The notes under the pieces: model-generated
The model's database searches: none
What the model saw: the letters and a program-made list of their open reading frames with translations, nothing else
Told to the model about the DNA's origin: nothing
Position numbers and translations under genes: made by a program
Assembly: GCF_009834535.1 (NCBI RefSeq)
Contig: NC_045696.1
Coordinates: 8,620,001-8,684,000 of the forward strand
Source of the DNA: Camelus ferus
Taxonomy: Eukaryota
Direction: 5' to 3'
DNA: 64,000 nucleotides
Shown: one piece after another, positions 53,888 through 64,000 of the stretch
Numbering within the stretch: position 1 is the first letter of the stretch
How the letters are laid out: every line of letters starts with the position of its first letter

Positions 53888-54266
53888 TGTATTAATTCAC
53901 TCCCATAACAAAGTACCACAGACTGGGGGCCTTACATTACAGACATTTATTTTCTTACAGTCTTGGAGGATAGACGTCCAAGGTCAAGGGGTCAGCAGGG
54001 TTGGTTTCGTCCTGAGGCCTCCCTCCGTGGCTTGCAGAAGTTCATCTTCTCCTACCGTCTTTACATAGTCTTCCCTCTTTGTGAGCCTCTATCCTTATCT
54101 CCTCTTTGGACACCAGTTGTACTGGGTTAGAACCACCCCAATGACCTCACTTTAACCTAATTACCTCTTAAAGGGCCCATCTCCAAGGACAGTCACATTC
54201 TGAGGCAGTGGAGGGGTTAGGTCTTCAATATATGAATACTGGGAGTACTTCATTCAGCCCACAACA
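53888..54266 (-). mobile_element. MaLR solo LTR (MLT1B-like)
   Basis: TGTATTA...CCATAACAAAGTACCACAGACTGG...GTCCAAGGTCAAGG...CAGTCACATTCTGAGG...ATTCAGCCCACAACA. Confidence 0.88.
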
Positions 54267-56829
54267 CCATCTAAGATTAAATATTTATATTTTAATAAAA
54301 AGGCTTATCTTTAAGTACTGGCCCCCAATTTATATTTTCCTCAAAGTGGGGAAAGGATTGAGAAAATATTTTAGAAGTTCTTTTTCTTTGATGTTCTTCA
54401 CTTAAAAGGTATTTATGCACTGAGGAAAGAATTATGTTAATATCTGGGTCCTGGTTCCCTGCAGCTCCCAGGCCACTGGCACAATTCTCTTGCAACCCTT
54501 AACTTTATATACCGAGAATACTGACAATCTGAATGAAACATACTGAATTTTCAATCTATTAAAATTTCTACTACCTGTATTATTGTTCTACTTGCTGCGG
54601 TATTCTATGACGTGAGAGAGACAGCAACTTTGTGAAAAGGAGGTGAGGAGAGGAAATCGTTTGGGAGTGACTTTGTGTTTTCTTTCCTTTTCAGTTTAAG
54701 TCTGTGGCCAGTTCACCCTTGTTTTGCCACAACCCCTCCCCACCACACATGCTGAGTCCGTGTGTGGTGTCCTTTCTTTTTATTTCATAATGCTCAATTA
54801 CACATTGATTATTAATTATCCATTTGTGCAATGGGAGCAATCTCTTGGCAGTGAGGTCCTCAAAAGTAAGAGTTGTGTCTTACAGATCTTTGAATCTCTA
54901 ATACGTGACTCAGGCACAGGTACCCAAGGAGGCTTAAAACGTTAGCTGATGCTCGATACATCTACAGGTGACAGATAATTCAGGTGTCACAGCTAAGCCA
55001 GAATCCTCATTATTTTAATTCCTTTCTCTAACAAATATGCTTTTTAAAGGTTAAAAATAACCAGATAAACACAAAGATGAAAACTGACGAGTGCGATGGG
55101 CTCTTCTTAGCAGTTGACCCCTCTCCTTTCCAGGGAAGATGGCATGAAGGAAAGCATAATCAATACACAATAATCAATAACAGTAATGTCCCTGCTTCAG
55201 TCCCCAAGCAGCGGCTGCTACCCTGTGTTTGTGGTACTTAGGGTTTCTTTGGGTGAGAGGCTGGGACACTCAACGAGTGCCCAACTTTGAGTACCGAGAC
55301 CTGGACACAAACACCTGTGCAGGTTTCTGCCAGTTCTGAAGTCAGTGAACAAGCTCTTTGAAGTTTTCCCCTTTCTGTGTGACTCACACAGCAAGAAAAG
55401 AAATATGTGTCCTGAAAAATCGTAGCTTGTCAAAGGATGTGACTGTAAGATGCACAATAGACTATTATGTTAACAATTATACCCAATAAGATGTAAAATC
55501 AAGAATTATTGTAACTTCTGCCACAGTCACTGGTAATATCCAGGCAGATTTTCATAGGTGTCTAAATATATTTTACTGGGGTGCACAATTAACACAGTGG
55601 TAGTGAAACAATTTAATTGCATCATGTATGACTGTCACCCTGAGCACCTTTCATTATGATCAGTGGAAAAATGATAGGCATCTAGTTGTAACGTTGCTGA
55701 TACTCAGATCTGAATGGAATTCAATGAATATGTAGAAATACAATGGATATGAGCAATACTAAAGTGTGTGTGTGCTGGCAGGTGTAGTCTTTCAAATCAT
55801 TTTCAAAGCAAATGGGCTGGAATATAGTGTCCTGGGAGTTTGGGTTGGACTTGAGTCCTGGGGAAAGTCTTCAAGGGTTACTCACCTGAAAAGGGTGACC
55901 GGGCTTGGAGCTGAGAAAGAGGAGACTCCTGATTGGAAAGCCAGTGATCAATTCATAGGTTTGGGGGAGACATTGAACTTGGACCATCAACATGGAAACT
56001 GGAGCATCTTAGGGGAGAGGAGACTCCAAGAGCAAGTGCTGATAGTAATTTACTGAACTGACTCAATAATACCGGGAACAATATTTCATACGGTCTCTCC
56101 AGTGGCTGGTACAGACATATGCTGCGGGGCTTCTGGTATACCCAGGGCAGCAGTGTTAATGTAAGATGTAAAGAGACCCCATGGAAAGGTGAGGTTCTTC
56201 TGGAAGGTTTCTCTGTTAAGTAGGAGGGAAGGTTAGTATCTACAAATTCTTAGGGTGGCATTTAGGAATACATTGCTTTGAGCTAGGTACAGCAAAAAAA
56301 AAAAAAAAAATCTACTTGCTGTATTTAATCTATAGAGAGATTTTTCACTTGATAACTGATTGTGTATCAAGGTACTGGTGTGTTTTGACAAAAAAGGCAA
56401 AAAGTCCTAACATTTTGCAATATGACTGCTATAAAGAAATAATGGAGCTTTAGCTGCATCTCATCTCTGCTGCATTTTCTAATAGAGATACATTAAAATT
56501 AGCTTAAATAGCCAACAAAACAGGTTCACTAAATTTGATAACCTGCATACTTATGCTGGAACATTATTCATCCATAAACATAATGTCATTAAAAATTAGG
56601 TAATTATATGGAAATTTGTTCCCCCTACAAGTAAAAACATTAAGTTCAAAACCTATGTTATATAAATCAACATGATAAATAAATGTATTCATAGAAAAGC
56701 CTAGAAAAATGTACGCAAATATTAAGTAATTAATCTATCAGCAGATTATTTTAATTTTCTTCCTGAAATTTTCTTCCTAAAACTGAAAAAAAATAAGTGA
56801 AACAAAGTTTTTAGGTTTTTAATGTTTTT

Positions 56830-57135
56830 GATGGTGTCTACTATTGATGACAGATAAATCAGAGGTGAAGTTAACTGTAGCCCACGCATGCTCAAAGAGG
56901 CTGGTAGCTATCCCACGGGCAGACTATTGCTTCTTAGGGAGCAAAGAAATCCAAGCTACTACAGTGGTTTGTGACCTTCCAAAGTACCACTGTACGTAAC
57001 CAGATACATAGTATATCCGTTAAACCACAATTTCAAGGATGGGAAGAGGCAATCAGAAAAAAAAAAAAAAAAAAAAAAAGTCTGAAAGGCTCCTTTTTGG
57101 GGATGATAACAGAAAAAAAAATTGAGAAATATAGG
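56830..57135 (-). mobile_element. MER113/MER112-like hAT-Charlie MITE with expanded A tract
   Basis: Reverse strand reads AAGGAGCCTTTCAGAC(T)n...GGATATACTATGTATCTGG...TTTGGAAGGTCACAAACCACTGTA. Left boundary uncertain. Confidence 0.6.
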
Positions 57136-58022
57136 CCTAGCATGGCCTAACATTTTCAGGAATATTATTGGTAAGTTGAGGTATAGCTTTTTTTTTTTTT
57201 CTTCCTTAAATTACTTTCTTAGACTCAAGTAATTGGAACACCAAGTGAGTGGTTTTTTATAAAAGGCTCCCGTGGGCCAAGTGTCCCAAGCTGATCCAAG
57301 TAGCATGTCATCCTCTGGTTCCCCACGTGGTCTCCAAATCCCCAGGACACCAAGGTGAGTGCGGTCTGTGGTCTTACCTGTAGCTGACACACAGGACCAG
57401 GGCTACAAGCCGCTGATTCTGTCCTTTCAGAAGACTCTTCAAATATGAAGCAGTCAGTTCATCTCCTCAGCCCTCCGGGGCCACAGAGAAGTGTATTAAA
57501 AAGAATGTCATGTGCCCTGTTGGAAACATCAAGTGAAGAATCTCCCTGAAAGGTATCTCTGAGCAGAATGCTGTCCTGGGGCCATGCCAGTGGCGCCTGG
57601 CTGTCTCATTTCCAAGGCGGCAATTGAGTGGTAATTGCAGGATCCTATTTGAAGCATGGCTAGAGCCTGATAAAGTTTGTAACTATTTAGATTGAAATCT
57701 GAGAACTCTAAACAATTTATTTACAAAGAAAGACACAGACAGGTTTTAACCACCTCATAAATCGGCTCCCCTTCGCCCGCAGGGGCAGCCGATTGGCAGT
57801 TCTAGGGGGACTCAATCTGTCCCTTGGATGGGCCTTCTTTGGTGTGAGGCTTTCATAATTACTGGATGGGGCCAAGCAGTTGCCAGCACTAACCTGAACA
57901 AGGAAAAGCCCTGGGGCTTCGCTTTGAGGGTGGAGGTAAGAGGTTCTAGGGGAGGCACAGACTGAGCTGGTGAAACATTCTGAGTAGGCAAACTGTAAAG
58001 CACCAGAGTAGAAAGCCTTAGA

Positions 58023-58249
58023 CAGGAATTCTCAGCCTTGAAACTATTACATCTGGGGCTGATCTTCTTTGTCGTGAGCCGGTCCTTCTCACTGTAGGAT
58101 GTTCGACAGCATTCCTGGTACCCTCTACCCACCAGACACCAGTAACATCCTTCCTCCTCTGCATCTTGACAGCCAAATAGGTCTTCAGGTGTTGTCAAAA
58201 GTCCCCTGGGAGGGGGTCCAAATCCAGTCCCCTCCTTTGAGAACCACTG
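58023..58249 (-). mobile_element. MER20 hAT-Charlie MITE, near full length
   Basis: TIRs CAGGAATTCTCA ... TGAGAACCACTG; internal CACTGTAGGATGTT..CAGCATTCCTGG, GTCCCCTGGG. Degenerate 8-bp TSD CCTTAGAC/CCTGAGGC. Confidence 0.88.
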
Positions 58250-59619
58250 CCTGAGGCAATGACATTCCTTGGGTTTTCGATGGAGTTTTTCAGGGGTTAA
58301 TTTTTTTTTTTTTCCCCTAGTGCAGATTGATATTTGGATATCATTGCCTTCTCTCCTCTCAGGCCTCTCTGAGTGCCCCGCGATACGGTTACATATTGGC
58401 TAATTCTTCCATCTTTAACCTGAAGCTTTGAAAGGAAACAGCTTTTATCTTCTCTGTTACATGGAGGGGGGTGGGAAGGGTTTGAATATCTATTGCTTTG
58501 CATGCAAATTTTAATCCTTTAATCACCTTCCCACACTTTCGGGGGAGATGCTGAGAATCTACCAGCCCTTCCAGTCTTGACCTTAGGCCTGTAAACAGAC
58601 TGGAGGAAACCTGGAAAGGTCATTTCCTTCCCCACAGCCATAATATCCAGGTTTTAGTGTGAGATAATTTGGAGATTCTCTCAATGTTTTTTGCTCAGAG
58701 GAAGTAAGTGAGGGCTTACTCGTCTGTCTGCCCTGCCTCAGTCCCTAATGTGACGGATCTTTTTCACTTATTTATCGTTTGTATATTGTTTGTTCTCCAC
58801 GCTCAAATTTTTCTTTGTCCTGAAAAAAAAAAAAAAACGCATTTGTGGGAAGACTTCGTTTGGTCCCTATGTTCATTATTTCTTAGGCCAGGTGAAATTT
58901 TAAAAGCTCAGGATTTTGGCAAATTCTGCAATTGAAGAAAGCAAAAGTTTTCCTTTATTTCGAGCTGCAGTCATTAAAAAGAGCTCTGAGTTGTCTAATG
59001 ACAAAGGAGAATGCTGGCTCTGTCCATGTGCTGTTATGTCTGATTTGTAAGGGTCTGTTTCCAAAGCAACTCCTTATTGGTGACTCTGCTCCTGTTAATC
59101 CAGTGCCGTAAATTATGTGGCTCCGTTTTTTGTTTTTTTTTTCTTCTTGTAGTCTAATCGTTCCTCTGGGAAAAACAGTGTCCCGCTGAGTCTTGCCCTT
59201 CACAGAATGTGTTAAAACACATGCCAAACTTCAGCGTGATGGGAGGACAGTGAGCTTTTCCATTCATCCCAGATGAAGCGTTCTCCATCACACAGAGCTG
59301 TTTTACAATGACCAGTCTCCAAACCAAATCTTTCTCTATGTTAGGAAGTGAAATCCTGGTAGACAAATAGCAGCTGACATGCCAAAGTGTGATCACTGAA
59401 AACAAAACATTGAGCGAAAAAATGGCAATGACTGCATTCCTCCCCCTTGAGGATTATAAGGCATGCGAGATGGCCAGGACCTAAAAGAATCCCTTATCCA
59501 CCCCCACTGTACTTCAGATCAAGAAAATGATACAGACAGAAGAGACGGGAATGGTTCCACCAGAAGCAGCTGATTAATGGCAGCTGTGGGACAAGAACTC
59601 AGCTGCCACTCGGACTCCG

Positions 59620-59890
59620 AAGCTCTTTTCACTGCAGTTCCCTGCCTGTCCCCAGCAAGACTGCATGTTCCTGCCTCAGGGCCTTTGCACAGGCTGCTCT
59701 CGATGTCTGCAGTGATCTTCCCCAGATATGTCTTCACTTATTCAGTGACTTTATTTTGGCTCTGCTCAGATGTCCTCTCCTCACAGACCACACTGTCTCT
59801 GATAGCGGCCCCTACCTGTCCCCTTTCTGTCTGTTTATCTTGCTTCTCATCATAGCATCTACCACTACCTGGCGTTATATTTATTTGCCA
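59620..59890 (+). mobile_element. L2 fragment
   Basis: TTCCTGCCTCAGGGCCTTTGCACAGGCTG...CTCTGCTCAGATGTC...CATAGCATCTACCACTACCTG. Confidence 0.8.
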
Positions 59891-60169
59891 AGTGGGGCAC
59901 CAAAAGCATCTACCAAAATTAGATCAGAGCTATGTGGGGCAGAAAAGAAAGGCCCTGCTACCTTGCTGCGGAGCTGCAGTTACAAAGAACTTAGAAATGG
60001 CTGAGAATGACGAAAAACATGGGAATCTCACAAGTGATCAAATACACACCAACAAGTGGAGGGGACACCGTGTTCCCCATGATTTACATCAAGGTCACCA
60101 TGAGCTATACCTGGCCAAGTCAATTCTTTGTTGACTCAAAACTTTCTCCTCTGTGTTTCTGGGACACTA

Positions 60170-60590
60170 CATACCCCTGGTATATTCATCGGAGAAACGA
60201 ATCAATACAGTGTGTACATATATATATATAATGAGAGAGGGGGAGAGGGCTTGGCTTATGCAATTATGAAGGCGGACAACTCCAAAATCTGCAGGGCGGG
60301 CTGGTAGGCTGAGGACTGAGACAAGAGAAGATGCTGCAGTTCAAGATCAAAGGTCTTCTGCTGCAGAAGTTTTTCTTGCTCAGGGGAGGGCGGTCTTTTT
60401 GTTCTACTCGAGCCTTCAGTTAATTGGATGGGGCTCACCTACATCATGGAGAGCAATCTGCTTTAGTCAGAGTCTGCCAATTCCAAGGTTAATCTCATCT
60501 AAGACACCCTCGCAGAAACATCTAGCGTAATGTTGAAAATATCTGGGTACCATGGCCCCGCCACCTTGACACATAAAATTAACCATGACA
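60170..60590 (-). mobile_element. ERVL solo LTR (MLT2-like)
   Basis: TTGGCTTATGCAATTATGAAGGC...CCAAAATCTGCAGGG...GCCTTCAGTTAATTGGATGGGGCTCACC...TTGACACATAAAATTAACCATGACA. Confidence 0.88.
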
Positions 60591-60678
60591 CCTAGTTTTC
60601 TTCCTATTGTACCATTGCTCCATCTCAGTCTCCTTAACCAAATCCTCCTCCAACAAAATTAGTAAAATGTCCCATGTT

Positions 60679-60873
60679 GGGGTGTCAGATATGGCAAATA
60701 AAAACACAGGACATCTGGTTGTATTTTAATTTCAGATAAACAACAAAATTTTTTAAACATAAGTCGATCCCAAATAGTACATGGGATATACTTATGCTAA
60801 GAAAGTGTTCATTGTTGTTGATTTGCATTTCACATTTAGTGGGTTTTCTCCCCACTTTAACTGCTCAGCTCTA
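60679..60873 (+). mobile_element. MER53 palindromic MITE, near full length
   Basis: CAGATATGGCAAATAAAAACACAGGAC...TTTCAGATAAACAAC...CATAAGTCGATCCCA-loop-TGGGATATACTTATG... Confidence 0.85.
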
Positions 60874-60874
60874 G

Positions 60875-61400
60875 TCCTTTATGCTTCCCTGAATCATCCA
60901 ACAACCTCCCGATAGACCTCCCTGCCTCCGTTCTTGGTCTGCACTGTCTGTTTTCTCCTTAGCAAGTAGAGTCATTTCTATAAATGTAATCTCCCTTCAG
61001 ATCACATGCCAGCTAAAGGCATGAAAAATCCACTAGGCCATGTTACTCTGCTTAATGGTTTCCAAAAGTGGGTAATTGTAATGAAAAGCTAAGTTCTCCA
61101 AGAGCCTCTGTGACCTCTGCCCTCAGGCCTCATGGGCATTCTTTTGTGTATCTCGAGACCAACTTGTGTTGGCCTCAGGCTTTGGGATACCCTCTTCTGC
61201 TTAAGAAGCTCTTCCTTTGGATAAGACTGAAGACCTCCCCCCTCCCTTGGCCCCAGCCTCAGCTCAGATGCTATCATCCCTGAAGGGTCCTCCCCAGCCA
61301 ACTCAGGACATCAGCCTTTATCTTCTGCGGCACCCACACGGCTCCCCCACTGGAATGTAAAGCTTCCAGAAGGCGCGAAGTCTGCCAAGTTCACTCTTCT
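60875..61400 (+). mobile_element. L2 fragment
   Basis: CAACCTCCCGATAGACCTCCCTGCCTCC...AGAGTCATTTCTATAAATG...CAGCTCAGATG...CACTGGAATGTAAAGCTTCC. Confidence 0.65.
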
Positions 61401-62690
61401 GCCCATTCCTCTACCTTTATCTCTCTAAATGTGAGTGTCAACACTTGCTTTTCAACTCTATCTTATGAGAAAAAATTTTTTTCGATAGCATTATCAGAAA
61501 TTAAGCATAGTTTGCACTCTGAAAAACTATTGGTAAGAACTTTAATTGTGAAGCATTTCTCAGAAGTGGTTTGACAGTATGTTCTAAGCATCCTAAAGTG
61601 TTCATTTCTTTGTCTCACTGACTAGAAATTTAGAAATCTGTTTCAGGACGCAATCTACAGTGTGGGCAAGGGTTTATCTATAAGAACGTTCTTTGTAGAA
61701 AATATATGTAAAGAAACGAAAAGTCTAGCCATAGGGAAGTAAATAAAAATCACAGGGGACATCTCTATAATGCAATACTCAGCTTTTACAAATGACCTTT
61801 CCTTCTGAGATTGATGGCAATGCTTTGTATGTCTTTCTCCTGGTGCATTAAAATATGTATTAACACATGAAACAATGTGCAAAAAAGATTTCAACAAGAC
61901 TGAAAACTATGACTGTGTGTGTCTGTTTGCCACGCCTATGGAGGAATTTCCACCTTGACACCTGCAAAGAACATCAGGTCATGAAGGTGAGAGCCTCTTC
62001 CATGGTCATGGATGACACCTCCTTTGGGGTCCCAGGACCTTCCTGAGATAGAAATGGAGAAGCCAGTTCATCCCAGGAGGGAATTGCTTTCTGGAATGTC
62101 TTGGACAGTTATGTTTCTCCCAGAGAGACACGCCCTTCTGATCATCTCTAAATGTTAAATATTCTGAGACTGCAGTCCCTGGTAACGTAACAAGTCTTGG
62201 AGCAGGTGTGGAAAGCGGTGTGTGTGTAGCATCTTGAGGTGTGTGATTGGGACTAGAAAGGGCCAGGGATAGAAAACATCTCAGAAGCTGCCTATTATAA
62301 AGGTTCAGATTTCCATGTATTGTGTTATAAAGGGAATAAGTCAAACTGAAATCTTTAGGAGTATCAGCATTTATAGATGATCAAGCCCCGAGGAGGTAAA
62401 GAACATTCTCAATAAAGCCGAACCAGAGAGGTTGAGGGGCTGCTGGGCATGAATCTGTGGGCTGGGGGACTTGAACATCACCCCATCCTTTGTCTATAGC
62501 TCAGGGAAGAGGGACAGCTAGCTCACAGCCAGGGGGACAATAAGAACAGAGACAACCACAACACAAGCCAGTCTGATCTACTGACACCACCACCACCTCC
62601 CCGGCAGAACTGCGAGGGTCAGTAGTGAGTACGAACAAAATAAAGCACCAGGTATTTAAAGAAATTCTGAAACATGAAAGATGATATGGA

Positions 62691-63094
62691 GTATATGCGC
62701 TTGCTGGGGCTGAGTGGCTCAAACAGAGATGCACAGCCTTGCAGTTCTGGAGGCTGGAAATCCAAGATCAAGGCATCTACAGGGCCATGCTTCCCCTGGA
62801 GATCCTAGGGAAGGAAGGCTCCAGGCCTTTCTCCTAGCTTCTAGAAGCTCTCTGGCTTGTGGCAGCATAACTCCAACCTTCACATGGAGCTCTCCTTGTG
62901 TCTGTGTCCAAATTACCTCTTTTTATAACAACACCAGTCACACCGGATAAGAAGCCCACCCTGCTCTAGTGTGACTTCACCTTCCCTAAGTACATCTGCA
63001 ATTACTTTATTTCCAAATAAGGCCACACTCTAAGGTATTGGGAGTTAGCACTATAGCACATGGATCTGAGGAGGACACAGTCCAATGCATAGCA
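62691..63094 (-). mobile_element. MaLR solo LTR (MLT1C-like)
   Basis: CAGTTCTGGAGGCTGGAAATCCAAGATCAAGG...GGCTTGTGGCAGCATAACTCCA...TACATCTGCAA...TTTCCAAATAAGGCCACA...CATAGCA. Confidence 0.88.
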
Positions 63095-63572
63095 CAATAT
63101 TTAATACATATTGAAATAAAACATTTTAACTTCAGAAAGGGAAGACTTTAGAAAGCATCTGTTTTGTGTTCTGAATATAATGCAAGACACTATGAATTTC
63201 ACGCCATAAAACTGAAAAGTGAGGTGAGAACATGACCCTGAGATGAAAAGGGATGTGGGACTGAGATGCGGCAGAACTGAAAGGAGAAAATCAACAAGAT
63301 TTGCAAGAAAGCTAGAAATTGCAAAAGGTTGATGAAAACCCACAGTAGGAATAGTAAGACACAGCGTCAACTCTGTAGGAACCTGAATTGATAATTTAAC
63401 ACTCAAGACACTTCTTAGACTATTGGGGAAATCTAAAGAGATGAAAGAAAAGAACAGATGTAAATGTATGGATAGACAGATATAGAAGATTGATTCATGG
63501 GTTCTGAAAAGCCAGATATCAATGGAAGATAGTAAGTAGGTAGATAAGTCCATTGATCAAAAGATGGATAGA

Positions 63573-63666
63573 GGGAGGTGGGGGTATAGCTCAGTGGTAT
63601 GGTGTGTGCTTAGCATGCTCGAGGTCCTGGGTTCAATCCCCAGAACCTCCATTAAAAAAAAAAAAA
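63573..63666 (+). mobile_element. tRNA-Ala(AGC)-derived SINE (camelid vic-1 type)
   Basis: tRNA-like body 63580-63651 with box A TAGCTCAGTGG (63587-63597), AGC anticodon (63612-63614) and box B GGTTCAATCCC (63630-63640). Followed by A13 and partial TSD AAAAGATG(G/A)A (63559-63568 / 63663-63672). Confidence 0.88.
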
Positions 63667-64000
63667 GATGAAGAAGGAAGTTAAAAAGTTGGGTAAATAT
63701 GAAAGACAACACATAAATCAATACAAAAGAGAGATGAATAAAGATGTGAGAGAGAGAAGGGGAAGGGAGACAGATGTGGAAGAGAAGGAGATGGATAGAC
63801 ACTGAGAAGAAATATTGTGTATATTCCAAATTCAAGTGGGGAGAAGATGGTTTTCTGGTCTGGGGATGATGCAATCAGTGGAACCAGTTTTAAAGCCTCC
63901 AACCAATCTTTGATGATACTGCATGAGTTTATCTGCTTCTGCAGATCAGTGACAATTCCATGCTTCTGAAGTTCGATCAGCAACAGCCACAATCCGCAAA

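Noticed and set aside
63095..63550. Possible HAL1/L1 ORF1 remnant and the 150-aa minus ORF over it
   Set aside because: Purine-rich strand bias explains the antisense ORF, and I could not confirm any diagnostic motif.
63580..63651. Functional tRNA-Ala gene
   Set aside because: Substitutions disrupt the D-stem and anticodon-stem pairing. It has an A tail and TSD instead of a T-run terminator.

Overview
Mammalian genomic DNA, most likely camelid, judged from a tRNA-Ala(AGC)-derived SINE at 63573-63666 and artiodactyl-type L1 3' ends. The window reads as gene desert or deep intron. I can support no intact protein-coding gene, rRNA, functional tRNA or CRISPR array. The only recognisable ORFs are broken LINE-1 ORF2 fragments. 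A large part is interspersed repeat (L1, L2, MIR, MaLR/ERVL/ERV1 solo LTRs, hAT MITEs). The rest is unique sequence with several enhancer-like blocks and a CpG-rich island at about 51.5-52.5 kb. The clearest non-trivial structures are: (1) a twin-primed, 5'-inverted 4.5-kb L1 with target-site duplication (TSD) that split a fossil hAT transposase inside its dimerisation motif; (2) two TSD-flanked chimeric L1 inserts (5164-5663, 49744-49923); (3) a MER53 hairpin carrying a miR-1302-like 21-mer; (4) a dense POU/paired-homeodomain motif cluster and a perfect 3x19-bp Sox-Oct-like repeat. I do not see convincing evidence of a wholly new biological system. Repeat family names come from my recall of consensus sequences, not from a database search. 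Repeat boundaries are approximate unless a TSD is given.
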